Assembly: GCA_017451505.1 (NCBI GenBank)
Contig: JAFTOF010000005.1
Span: 19,567-83,566 of the forward strand
From: Clostridia bacterium
Lineage (GTDB): Bacteria > Bacillota > Clostridia > UMGS1883
Length of the DNA stretch: 64,000 nucleotides
Direction of reading: 5' to 3'
In this document: positions 54,954 through 64,000 of the stretch, piece by piece
How the letters are laid out: every line of letters starts with the position of its first letter
How positions within the stretch are numbered: position 1 is the stretch's first letter
The notes under the pieces: generated by a model
Databases searched by the model: none
What the model saw: the letters and a program-made list of their open reading frames with translations, nothing else
Told to the model about the DNA's origin: nothing
Translations under genes and position numbers: made by a program

Positions 54954-57512
54954 ATGAAACGAATTGCACTGGGAATACTGGCACACGTTGACAGCGGAAA
55001 GACCACTCTTTCCGAGGCTTTGCTTTATAATGCAGGTGAAATCCGCACTTTAGGCAGGGTTGACCACCGTGATGCCTTCCTTGATACAAATGAAATAGAG
55101 CGTGACCGAGGAATTACCATTTTTTCAAAGCAAGCGGTGATTGGGCTTCCCGATATGAAAATCACCTTGCTTGATACACCCGGTCACGTGGATTTTTCTG
55201 CGGAAACGGAGAGAGTCCTCCGTGCTCTTGATGCGGCGGTCTTGGTAGTCAGTGCAAGCGAGGGCGTGCAGAGCCATACACGTACGCTTTGGAAGCTTTT
55301 GTCGGGACACGCTATACCCACCTTTGTCTTTGTCAATAAAATGGATATGCCCGATACTAATCGTGAAAAAATCCTGACTGAGCTTGAAAATTCCTTCGGA
55401 AGCGGATTCGTGGTATTTAATAATGAGGGCGAGGAATCATTTTTTGAGGAAGCGGCACTGTGCAGTGAGGAGCTTTGCAATTCCTACCTTGAAAGCGGAA
55501 CGATTAGCTCGGAAACAATTTTGGACGCCATAGTAAAACGAAAAATGTTCCCCTGCTATTTCGGCTCTGCTCTTAAAAACGAGGGGGTAAAGGAGCTTCT
55601 TGACGGCATTGGGAAATATACATCAGGTTGCGGAGATAATCCGTCCTTTGGTGCAAGAGCGTTTAAGATAACGGAGGATGACAGGAAAAACCGCCTTACC
55701 CATTTGAAAATAACGGGCGGAGTCCTTCGGGTGCGTGATAAAATTACCTATGGCGAAAATGAAGAAAAAGTCAGTGAAATCCGAATTTATTCGGGCGAGA
55801 AGTACAAAAGCGTACAGGAGGTATATCCCGGAGACGTGTGTGCAGTTTTAGGAATTAGTGCACTTGGGGGCGGAAGCGGAATAGGCTTTGAGGAAAATTC
55901 CCCTGCACTTACACTCGAGCCTGTGTTCAACTATTCGGTTATAACACCTCCCGATACGGATTATAGAGTTGCTCTGGCACAGCTCAAAAAATTGGAGGAA
56001 GAAGAAACTCAGCTTCGTGTTAGCTATAACAGCGTTCTGGGAGAAATTCATATTCAGCTTATGGGTGAGGTTCAGCTTGAGGTTTTAAAGCGTATACTGG
56101 CTGAAAGATTTAATCTTAACGTAGAGTTTGCCCGTGGCAGTATTGTGTACAAGGAAACAATAGCTTCTCCTGCGGAGGGGGTGGGGCATTATGAACCGCT
56201 TCGCCATTATGCGGAGGTGCATCTTCTTTTAGAACCGCTGAAAAGAGGAAGCGGACTTGTGTTTGCAACAGATTGCAGTGAGGATTTTCTTGCCCGAAAC
56301 TGGCAAAGACTTATTCTTACACATTTAAATGAAAAACGCCACGTTGGAGTGCTTACGGGAAGCAGTATAACCGATATGAAAATCACCCTTAAATCGGGCA
56401 GAGCACACCTTAAGCATACCGAGGGGGGAGATTTCAGGCAGGCTACCTACCGTGCGGTACGCCACGGGCTTAGAATGGCAGAGAGTGTCCTCCTTGAACC
56501 ATACTACGATTTCACTCTGGAAATACCCATGGACTCTACAGGCAGAGCCATGACAGACCTTAATGAGATGGGGGCAAAGCTTATGCCACCGGAAATAACA
56601 GACGGTATGTCCGTAATACGAGGCAGTGCACCTGTGCGTGAAATCCGTTCATATCAACGCAGTGTAACGGCATACACCCACGGACTGGGAAAGCTTTCTT
56701 GTTCATTTAAGGGTTATGATGAATGTGTCAACCCCGAAGAGGTTATTGCCGAAATCGGTTACAACTGCGACGGGGATATTGAAAACACTGCCGACAGCGT
56801 ATTTTGTGAGCATGGTGCAGGCTTCAGTGTCCCTTGGCATCAGGTGACGGACTATATGCATCTTGACAGTATTTTCAAGGAAAAAACAGAAGAATTTGTA
56901 CCCCGTAAGATTGTGCGTAAAAGTGCCACGGTTTATGATGAGGACGAGCTAATGGCGATATTTGAACGCACTTACGGAAAAATTGTCAGAAAAAATCACA
57001 ACGCCATGCGTACCCCCAAGGATGCTGCACCGCCCAAAAAAGTGCGGAGCGTTCCGCAGAAAGAGGGACCGGGGTATCTTCTCATTGACGGTTATAATAT
57101 AATTTTTGCATGGGAAGAACTCAAAAATATTGCAGAGGACAGTCTTGATGATGCACGCAATATGCTTATCGACAGAGTGTGTTCATATAAGGCAATGAGA
57201 CCGTACGAGGTAATTCTGGTGTTTGATGCGTACAAGGTAAAGGGAAATCGGGGAGAGGTGGAAAAAGTCCACAATATTACTGTGGTTTATACCAAGGAAG
57301 CACAGACAGCCGATGCGTACATCGAAAAGGCGGCATATGAGCTTGGGAAAAAGCATCACGTTCAGGTAGCTACGGGTGATTATCTGGAACAGCTTATAAT
57401 TTTAGGCAGCGGTGCAGTCAGGATAAGTGCCGCAGCATTTATAAAAGAAATGGAAGAAGTACAAGAGGAAATAGAGGGCATTTTAGCCGAAATTTCAAAT
57501 AAAAGTATCTGA
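54954..57512 (+). CDS. EF-G/TetM-like translational GTPase fused to a C-terminal NYN (YacP/Rae1-like) ribonuclease domain
   Basis: AHVDSGKTT, RGITI, DTPGH, NKMD, MGEVQLE, DFRQAT, LLEPY; NYN motifs LIDGYN, VFDA, TAD..IE, VATGD. Confidence 0.9.
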   Translation: MKRIALGILAHVDSGKTTLSEALLYNAGEIRTLGRVDHRDAFLDTNEIERDRGITIFSKQAVIGLPDMKITLLDTPGHVDFSAETERVLRALDAAVLVVSASEGVQSHTRTLWKLLSGHAIPTFVFVNKMDMPDTNREKILTELENSFGSGFVVFNNEGEESFFEEAALCSEELCNSYLESGTISSETILDAIVKRKMFPCYFGSALKNEGVKELLDGIGKYTSGCGDNPSFGARAFKITEDDRKNRLTHLKITGGVLRVRDKITYGENEEKVSEIRIYSGEKYKSVQEVYPGDVCAVLGISALGGGSGIGFEENSPALTLEPVFNYSVITPPDTDYRVALAQLKKLEEEETQLRVSYNSVLGEIHIQLMGEVQLEVLKRILAERFNLNVEFARGSIVYKETIASPAEGVGHYEPLRHYAEVHLLLEPLKRGSGLVFATDCSEDFLARNWQRLILTHLNEKRHVGVLTGSSITDMKITLKSGRAHLKHTEGGDFRQATYRAVRHGLRMAESVLLEPYYDFTLEIPMDSTGRAMTDLNEMGAKLMPPEITDGMSVIRGSAPVREIRSYQRSVTAYTHGLGKLSCSFKGYDECVNPEEVIAEIGYNCDGDIENTADSVFCEHGAGFSVPWHQVTDYMHLDSIFKEKTEEFVPRKIVRKSATVYDEDELMAIFERTYGKIVRKNHNAMRTPKDAAPPKKVRSVPQKEGPGYLLIDGYNIIFAWEELKNIAEDSLDDARNMLIDRVCSYKAMRPYEVILVFDAYKVKGNRGEVEKVHNITVVYTKEAQTADAYIEKAAYELGKKHHVQVATGDYLEQLIILGSGAVRISAAAFIKEMEEVQEEIEGILAEISNKSI

Positions 57513-57696
57513 TTTCAAATATATTACGATTATTGTTTAAATTTTGTCCCGAAAAACTTGACTAAAGGGCGAAAAAGCTGTATACTAACAAAGGATAAAA
57601 GTATGGAAAAGTATATTTTTTTGTAAAAATATGCCGTTTCATGCTCTATCTGTGCGTTTAATTTTGTTTTATATATATCAAGGAGGTAAAAACATT

Positions 57697-60600
57697 ATGG
57701 CAAGAAACAAGAAAACCATGGATGGTAACACCGCTGCCGCATATGTCTCATATGCGTTTACAGACGTTGCAGCCATCTACCCCATTACCCCTTCCTCAAA
57801 CATGGCTGAGGTTACGGACGAATGGGCAGCAAAAGGAAAGAAGAATATCTTCGGCAGAACAGTAAAGATTGCAGAAATGCAGTCTGAGGGTGGTGCAGCA
57901 GGTGCCGTTCACGGTTCACTTACAGCAGGTGCTCTCACTACTACTTATACTGCTTCTCAGGGTCTTCTCCTTATGATCCCCAATATGTACAAGATTGCAG
58001 GTGAGCTTCTTCCGTCAGTTATTAACGTATCTGCACGTGCACTTGCTTCACATGCTCTTTCAATTTTCGGTGATCATCAGGACGTATATGCATGCCGTCA
58101 GACAGGTTATGCAATGCTCTGCTCTGTTAACCCTCAGGAAGCTATGGACCTCGGTGCAGTAGCACACCTCACAACTCTTAAGGCAAGAGTTCCTTTCCTT
58201 CATTTCTTCGACGGTTTCAGAACCTCTCACGAATATCAGAAGGTTGAGTGCTGGGATGATGAGCAGCTTAAGAAGCTTGTCGACATGGATGCAGTTGACG
58301 CATTCCGTCGTCGCTCTCTTAACCCCGAACATCCTGCACAGCGTGGTACAGCACAGAACCCCGACGTTTTCTTCCAGGCAAAGGAAGCAAACAACAAGTT
58401 CTATGATGCAGTTCCCGACCTTTGCCAGGAATACATGGACAAGGTTAATGCAGAAATCGGTTCAGACTACAAGCTGTTCAACTACTACGGTGCAGCTGAT
58501 GCTGAGCACGTAATCGTTGCAATGGGCAGTGCCTGCGATACTATCCAGGAAACTGTTGACTATATGACAAAGCAGGGTGCTAAGGTTGGTCTTATTAAGG
58601 TTAGACTTTACAGACCCTTCAGTGCTAAGCACCTTATCGAAGCTATCCCCGCAACTGTTAAGAGAATCAGCGTTCTTGACAGAACTAAGGAATGCGGTAG
58701 CATCGGTGAACCTCTTTACCTTGATGTTGTTGCAGCTCTTCGTGACAGCCAGTTCAAGAATGTAGAAATCTTTGGCGGCCGTTATGGTCTTGGTTCTAAG
58801 GATACTACTCCTGCACAGATTATCGCTGTTTACAAGAATAACGACAAGAAGAGATTCACAATCGGTATCAATGATGATGTTACATTCACATCTCTTGAAA
58901 TCACAGAAAATCCCGACACAACTCCCGAAGGTATCACAAGCTGTAAGTTCTGGGGTCTTGGTGCTGACGGTACCGTTGGTGCTAACAAGAACTCCGTTAA
59001 GATTATCGGTGACCACACTGATATGAACGTACAGGCATACTTTGACTATGACTCCAAGAAGTCAGGCGGTCTTACAGTATCTCACCTTCGTTTCGGTAAT
59101 GCTAAGATTACCAGCACATACCTCATCAACAAGGCTGACTTCGTTGCATGTCACAAGGCTTCCTACATCAGAAAGTACGATATGGTTAGCGACGTTAAGC
59201 CCGGTGGTGTATTCCTCCTTAACTGCCCCTGGACTAAGGCTGAAGAGTTCGAAGCTCATATCCCCGGACAGGTTAAGCGTTACATTGCAGAAAACGACAT
59301 TCAGTTCTATGTAATCGACGGTGTTGCTATCGGTAAGGAAATCGGTCTTGGCAACAGAATTAACACAGTTCTTCAGTCTGCATTCTTCAAGCTGGCTAAC
59401 ATTATCCCCGCTGATGATGCTATTCAGTACATGAAGGACGCTGCTACAGCTTCTTACTCCAAGAAGGGTGAAGCAATCGTTAAGATGAACCATGATGCTA
59501 TCGATATGGGTGCTCAGAAGGTTGTTAAGGTTGAAGTTCCTGCTTCCTGGAAGGATGCAAAGGATGAAGACCTTACAGTTAAGGTTGACGGTCAGGGAAG
59601 ACTTGTTGATTACATCAACAACATTCTTAACCCCATCAACTCTTTCGCAGGTATGAAGCTTCCCGTTTCTGCATTCGTTCCTTATGCTGACGGTGAAGTT
59701 CCGCTTGGTTCTTCTGCATTTGAGAAGAGAGGTATCGCTATCGACGTTCCCGAATGGAACAGCGACAACTGTATCCAGTGTAACTTCTGTTCTTATGTAT
59801 GTCCCCATGCTTGTATCCGTCCTGTAGTTCTTACAGAAGAGGAAGCAAAGAATGCTCCCGAGGGTATCAAGTATATCAATATGACAGGTATGAACGGTCT
59901 CTACTTTGCAATGGCAATATCCGTTCTTGACTGTACAGGTTGCGGCTCTTGTGCTAACGTATGTCCCGGTAAGAAGGGCGAAAAGGCTCTCGTTATGAAG
60001 CCTCTTGAAACACAGGAAGCTCAGCAGGCAGTATTTGACTACGGCATCAAGATTCCTGCAAAGGCAGAGGTTCTTGAGAAGTTCAAGGAAACAACAGTTA
60101 AGGGCAGCCAGTTCAAGCAGCCCCTCCTCGAGTTCTCCGGTGCTTGTGCAGGCTGTGGTGAAACACCTTATGCTAAGCTTGTTACACAGCTTTACGGTGA
60201 CAAGATGTACATTGCTAACGCTACAGGCTGTTCTTCAATCTGGGGCGGAAGCTCACCCTCTACACCTTACACAGTTAACGAAAAGGGCGAAGGTCCTGCA
60301 TGGGCTAACTCACTCTTCGAGGACAACGCTGAGTATGGTTACGGTATGTACCTTGCACAGAATACTCTCCGCGAGGATCTCGTTTCTAAGGTTCAGGCAG
60401 TTTCCGAAAAGGCTGACGATGCTTCAAAGGCAGTAATCGCTAAGTTCCTTGAAACTAAGGAAGATGTAAACGCTAACAAGGTTGCAACTGCAGAGCTTGT
60501 TGAAGTTCTTTCTAAGATGAACACACCCGAAGCGGCTGAAATCCTTAAGGATAAGGAATACCTTTCCAAGAAGTCCGTATGGATCCTCGGCGGTGACGGT

Positions 60601-61215
60601 TGGGCATACGATATCGGTTACGGCGGTCTTGACCACGTACTTGCAAGCGGTGACGATGTAAACATCCTTGTATTCGATACAGAAGTTTACTCCAACACTG
60701 GCGGTCAGTCTTCTAAGTCTACTCCCACAGGTGCTATTGCTAAGTTCGCAGCAGCAGGTAAGGAAGTTAAGAAGAAAGACCTTGCAGCTATCGCTATGAG
60801 CTACGGATATGTATACGTTGCACAGGTTGCTCAGGGTGCTGACTACAATCAGTGTATGAAGGCATTCGTTGAAGCAGGTACTTACAACGGTCCTTCAATC
60901 GTTATTGCATACGCTCCCTGTATCAACCATGGTATCAAGGGCGGTATGAGCATCGCTCAGACAGAAGAAAAGCGTGCCGTTCAGGCAGGTTACTGGCATC
61001 TGTTCCGTTTCGATCCCAGAAGAGCAGAAGAAGGTCTTAATCCCTTCCAGCTTGATTCTAAGGAACCCAGCGAAAGCTATGAGGACTTCCTTATGAACGA
61101 GGTTCGTTACAACTCTCTTGCTCGTTCTAATCCTGAAAGAGCAAAGGAACTCTTTGCTAAGGCAGCAGCTACAGCAAAGGCTAAGTATGAGCATCTCGTA
61201 GAGCTTGCTAAATAA
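57697..61215 (+). CDS. nifJ: Pyruvate:ferredoxin (flavodoxin) oxidoreductase
   Basis: YPITPS, EMQSEGGAAG, DGFRTSHE, two CxxCxxCxxxCP clusters, FSGACAGCGE, GGDGWAYDIG; strong codon bias. Confidence 0.97.
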   Translation: MARNKKTMDGNTAAAYVSYAFTDVAAIYPITPSSNMAEVTDEWAAKGKKNIFGRTVKIAEMQSEGGAAGAVHGSLTAGALTTTYTASQGLLLMIPNMYKIAGELLPSVINVSARALASHALSIFGDHQDVYACRQTGYAMLCSVNPQEAMDLGAVAHLTTLKARVPFLHFFDGFRTSHEYQKVECWDDEQLKKLVDMDAVDAFRRRSLNPEHPAQRGTAQNPDVFFQAKEANNKFYDAVPDLCQEYMDKVNAEIGSDYKLFNYYGAADAEHVIVAMGSACDTIQETVDYMTKQGAKVGLIKVRLYRPFSAKHLIEAIPATVKRISVLDRTKECGSIGEPLYLDVVAALRDSQFKNVEIFGGRYGLGSKDTTPAQIIAVYKNNDKKRFTIGINDDVTFTSLEITENPDTTPEGITSCKFWGLGADGTVGANKNSVKIIGDHTDMNVQAYFDYDSKKSGGLTVSHLRFGNAKITSTYLINKADFVACHKASYIRKYDMVSDVKPGGVFLLNCPWTKAEEFEAHIPGQVKRYIAENDIQFYVIDGVAIGKEIGLGNRINTVLQSAFFKLANIIPADDAIQYMKDAATASYSKKGEAIVKMNHDAIDMGAQKVVKVEVPASWKDAKDEDLTVKVDGQGRLVDYINNILNPINSFAGMKLPVSAFVPYADGEVPLGSSAFEKRGIAIDVPEWNSDNCIQCNFCSYVCPHACIRPVVLTEEEAKNAPEGIKYINMTGMNGLYFAMAISVLDCTGCGSCANVCPGKKGEKALVMKPLETQEAQQAVFDYGIKIPAKAEVLEKFKETTVKGSQFKQPLLEFSGACAGCGETPYAKLVTQLYGDKMYIANATGCSSIWGGSSPSTPYTVNEKGEGPAWANSLFEDNAEYGYGMYLAQNTLREDLVSKVQAVSEKADDASKAVIAKFLETKEDVNANKVATAELVEVLSKMNTPEAAEILKDKEYLSKKSVWILGGDGWAYDIGYGGLDHVLASGDDVNILVFDTEVYSNTGGQSSKSTPTGAIAKFAAAGKEVKKKDLAAIAMSYGYVYVAQVAQGADYNQCMKAFVEAGTYNGPSIVIAYAPCINHGIKGGMSIAQTEEKRAVQAGYWHLFRFDPRRAEEGLNPFQLDSKEPSESYEDFLMNEVRYNSLARSNPERAKELFAKAAATAKAKYEHLVELAK

Positions 61216-61233
61216 TTTAGCTTGATAATAAAC

Positions 61234-61265
61234 AAACGCAGGGCTTTTGCCCTGCGTTTGTTTTA
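61234..61265 (+). terminator. Terminator after PFOR
   Basis: aaacgcagggc/gccctgcgttt plus T run. Confidence 0.85.
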
Positions 61266-61331
61266 TTACAATGTTGATTTTTACTATATTAAATGCTATA
61301 ATGATGTTATAAGTGGATTTACGGAGATGAA

Positions 61332-61775
61332 ATGAATATGAACAGCACAATAAGAATTATGAATGAAAAAGATAAATCCGATATTCTTGAAATGATGCGG
61401 GTGTTTTACGCTTCGCCGGCAGTGCATACCAATGGCTCAGATGAGATTTTTCAGAGCGATATAGAAAATTGCATTAATGATAACCCTTATCTTGAGGGGT
61501 ATGTCATCGAGGATTCAAACGGCATACAAGGATATGCGATGGTTGCGAAAAGCTTTTCCACCGAATTTGGGAAGCCGTGTATATGGATTGAGGATTTGTA
61601 TATTAAAGAGGATTGCAGAGGCCTGGGGCTTGGCAATATGCTTATGGACTTCATCACGCAAAACTACACAGACTGCATTTTCCGTTTGGAAGTGGAAGAA
61701 GAAAATGAGAGGGCTGTCAAGCTCTATAAAAAATGCGGATTTACTGTTTTACCATATATGGAAATGAAAAAGTAA
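61332..61775 (+). CDS. GNAT family acetyltransferase
   Basis: WIEDLYI...RGLGLG, LEVEEENERAVKLYKKCGF. Confidence 0.9.
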   Translation: MNMNSTIRIMNEKDKSDILEMMRVFYASPAVHTNGSDEIFQSDIENCINDNPYLEGYVIEDSNGIQGYAMVAKSFSTEFGKPCIWIEDLYIKEDCRGLGLGNMLMDFITQNYTDCIFRLEVEEENERAVKLYKKCGFTVLPYMEMKK

Positions 61776-61797
61776 GACTTGAGAGGATGTACATATT

Positions 61798-61983
61798 ATG
61801 AAAAAAAGACTTTATAAATCTATAACAGATAAAAAAATGTGTGGAGTATGCGGCGGTATTGCTGAGTATTTCGAGATTGATTCTACAATAATTCGTTTGG
61901 CATGGGTTTTATTTACCGCACTTGGCGGATCTGGCATAATAGCATATATCGTTGCTGCTTTGGTTATGCCCAACAAGGAGTAA
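61798..61983 (+). CDS. PspC domain protein
   Basis: [30 protein letters not shown]...[10 protein letters not shown]. Confidence 0.92.
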   Translation: MKKRLYKSITDKKMCGVCGGIAEYFEIDSTIIRLAWVLFTALGGSGIIAYIVAALVMPNKE

Positions 61984-62236
61984 AAACAGAGGTTGTAGCT
62001 AACACAAGAGGTATTCATGAAGAAAACAGAGTTTGACGAAAAATTTCCATCAGCGTTTTCTCAATATGGTATCGGAAAGGGAAACATCTGAAAAGTAAAT
62101 TAGCCTTATCATCGGATTTACAATTAAAAAGTACGTTTGAAAACGTACTTTTTTTATATCTCACACAAAAAACGCTTTATTTTGACATAACGATATGGTA
62201 TAATAATATAGATTTATTGTGCACAGGTGATAAGAA

Positions 62237-63517
62237 TTGAAATTACCCGAAAAGTTTTGCGAAAGAATGAAAAACGAGCTTAAAAATGAATATGAAAGCT
62301 TTATAAAATCCTATGACGAAGCACCGTATATTGCACTGCGTGTGAATACGTTGAAAATATCCTCGGAGGAATTTAAGGCTATTGTGGATTTTTGCGGTGA
62401 AAATGTGCCTTGGTGTCCTACGGGATTTTACTACGACGGAAAAAAAGGAAACCACCCCTCCAGTATAGCAGGCCTTTTTTATTCACAGGAGCCGTCGGCA
62501 ATGATTGCCGCCGAGCTTGCCGAGGTGAAAGAGGGGGACATAGTTTTAGACCTTTGTGCCGCACCGGGAGGAAAAAGCACACAGCTTGCCGCAAAACTGG
62601 GTGGAAAAGGACTTTTGGTCTCCAATGAGGTAAACTTGGGCAGGGCAAAAATCCTGTGCGAAAACATAGAGCGTATGGGAATAAAAAATGCCGTCGTTAC
62701 CAATATGTACCCCGAAAAAATGGAAAAGCTGTTTTATGAATTTTTTGATAAAATAGTAGTTGATGCTCCCTGTAGCGGTGAGGGAATGTTTCGTAAGGAC
62801 AGTGTAGCCGTAGATGAGTGGAGTATAGAACATACAAAGTCCTGTGCTATCCGCCAGCTTTCAATACTTGATTCGGCGTATAAGATGCTGACCCCCGGAG
62901 GAAGGCTTGTATATTCCACCTGTACATTTTCAAAAGAAGAAAACGAGGAAGCGGTGCAAAAGTTTGCGGAAAAATACCCCGACATATCCCTTAGGGAAAT
63001 GCATCGGCTGATGCCTCATAGAATTAATGGGGAAGGGCATTTTTCAGCAGTCTTTGAAAAAAGCGGAGAGCGGCAGGCAAAAAAGCATACCCCTCCGATA
63101 ACCGCAAAAAAGGAAATGATTGAAGCATACCGCAACTTTGAAAGGGAAAACCTTAACATAAGTCTTGACGGGAATTTTGTTTCCTTTGGTGAAAATCTGT
63201 ACCTTTTGCCGAATGAAATGATTACCCTTGATAAAATTAAGTGTATACGTCCGGGGCTTTTTCTGGGAGAAGTGAGGAAGGGCAGGTTTGTGCCGTCACA
63301 TCATCTTGCCACGGCACTTAAAAAGGAAGATTTTAAACGCAGTATAGCCCTTTCCGAGGACAAGCTTGAAGCTTATTTAAAAGGTGAAACAATCGGATAT
63401 AACGGGGAAAAGGGCTATGGAGTGATACTCTATAAAGAGAAATTCCCCGTAGGATGGTATAAGCTCAGTGACGGACAGGCTAAAAACCATTATCCTAAAC
63501 ATTTAAGAAAGGTTTGA
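62237..63517 (+). CDS. rsmF: RsmF/NOL1-NOP2-Sun family rRNA m5C methyltransferase
   Basis: YSQEPSAM, DLCAAPGGKS, DAPCSGEGMFRK, YSTCTF, GEGHF, C-terminal KNHYPK. Confidence 0.92.
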   Translation: MKLPEKFCERMKNELKNEYESFIKSYDEAPYIALRVNTLKISSEEFKAIVDFCGENVPWCPTGFYYDGKKGNHPSSIAGLFYSQEPSAMIAAELAEVKEGDIVLDLCAAPGGKSTQLAAKLGGKGLLVSNEVNLGRAKILCENIERMGIKNAVVTNMYPEKMEKLFYEFFDKIVVDAPCSGEGMFRKDSVAVDEWSIEHTKSCAIRQLSILDSAYKMLTPGGRLVYSTCTFSKEENEEAVQKFAEKYPDISLREMHRLMPHRINGEGHFSAVFEKSGERQAKKHTPPITAKKEMIEAYRNFERENLNISLDGNFVSFGENLYLLPNEMITLDKIKCIRPGLFLGEVRKGRFVPSHHLATALKKEDFKRSIALSEDKLEAYLKGETIGYNGEKGYGVILYKEKFPVGWYKLSDGQAKNHYPKHLRKV

Positions 63518-63521
63518 TTTT

Positions 63522-64000
63522 ATGTTCAACGTATGGCACAACATTAACCCCGAAAGAATTAAAAAAGAAGACTTTCTTGCCGTAATAGAAATTCGTAAAG
63601 GCGGAAGAAACAAATACGAGCTTGATAAGGAAACGGGTATGATAATCCTTGACAGAGTTCTGTATACATCTACTCATTATCCTGCAAACTACGGATTTAT
63701 CCCCCGTACCTATGCCGATGACGGTGACCCTCTTGACGTGCTTGTGCTTTGTCAGGAAAAAATCGACTCATTGGTGCTGGTACGCTGTTATCCCATCGGC
63801 GTTCTTAAAATGATAGATGACGGCAAGGTTGACGAAAAGATTATCGCCATTCCTTTCAACGACCCAACCTATGCAGGATATAAGGATATCCACGAGCTTC
63901 CCGACCATATGTCGAGGGAAATCAGCCACTTTTTTGAGGTTTATAAAATGCTTGAAAACAAGGAAACGGCTGTTAATGAGGTTTTAGGCAGAGAAGAAGC
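63522..64000 (+). CDS. ppa: Family I inorganic pyrophosphatase, 3'-truncated (absent from ORF track)
   Basis: MFNVWHNI...VIEIRKGGRNKYELDK...DRVLYTSTHYPANYGFIPRTYADDGDPLDVLV...DEKII. Confidence 0.95.
   Translation, partial: MFNVWHNINPERIKKEDFLAVIEIRKGGRNKYELDKETGMIILDRVLYTSTHYPANYGFIPRTYADDGDPLDVLVLCQEKIDSLVLVRCYPIGVLKMIDDGKVDEKIIAIPFNDPTYAGYKDIHELPDHMSREISHFFEVYKMLENKETAVNEVLGREE

Noticed and set aside
54954-57512. Calling this gene tetM/tetW on a mobile element
   Set aside because: It is about 200 aa longer with a NYN domain, and there are no conjugation or integrase genes or tet leader nearby
57530-57560. Rex operator upstream of PFOR
   Set aside because: ttgtttaaattttgtccc matches only one half of TTGTTAA-N4-TTAACAA
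58060-60636. Long antisense and alternate-frame ORFs within PFOR (also in polC, capD, prs and cobW)
   Set aside because: Expected shadows of strong codon bias; no RBS or recognisable motifs

Overview
Mostly core-genome, co-oriented chromosome segment (roughly 40% GC by eye) of an endospore-forming Clostridia-class Firmicute. The taxonomic call rests on polC, a T-box, spoVG, spoIIID, SLH domains and PFOR. About 50 CDS: rdgB(partial)-ymfF-ymfH-lgt-SLH protein-ispG-polC; PHP, DUF2264 and two sugar ABC permeases; T-box pheST; capD-like; CHAP-like; mltG; mgtE; uvrC; murC/spoVG-glmU-prs-pth-mfd-prsA; FMN riboswitch-ribU; spoIIID; typA; hydrolases; lexA; radical SAM; a LysM/L,D-transpeptidase pair; a Zn-uptake/CobW locus; rluB; a TetM-like GTPase-NYN fusion; PFOR; rsmF; ppa(partial). 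I found no CRISPR array, rRNA, tRNA, integrase, transposase or phage genes. The most interesting signals are small: (1) a 26-codon leader ORF with mutually exclusive hairpins before mgtE; (2) an 82-nt structured repeat present twice, 23.5 kb apart; (3) a PolC that lacks its proofreading exonuclease insert but keeps an intact PHP metal site; (4) an unannotated 42-aa Cys/Gly microprotein with a SigK-type promoter and a five-hairpin 3' region; (5) an active plus catalytically dead LysM-L,D-transpeptidase pair; (6) promoter-overlapping inverted repeats that would mask the RBS of sporulation genes in read-through transcripts. All family assignments come from motif recognition by eye, not from database searches.
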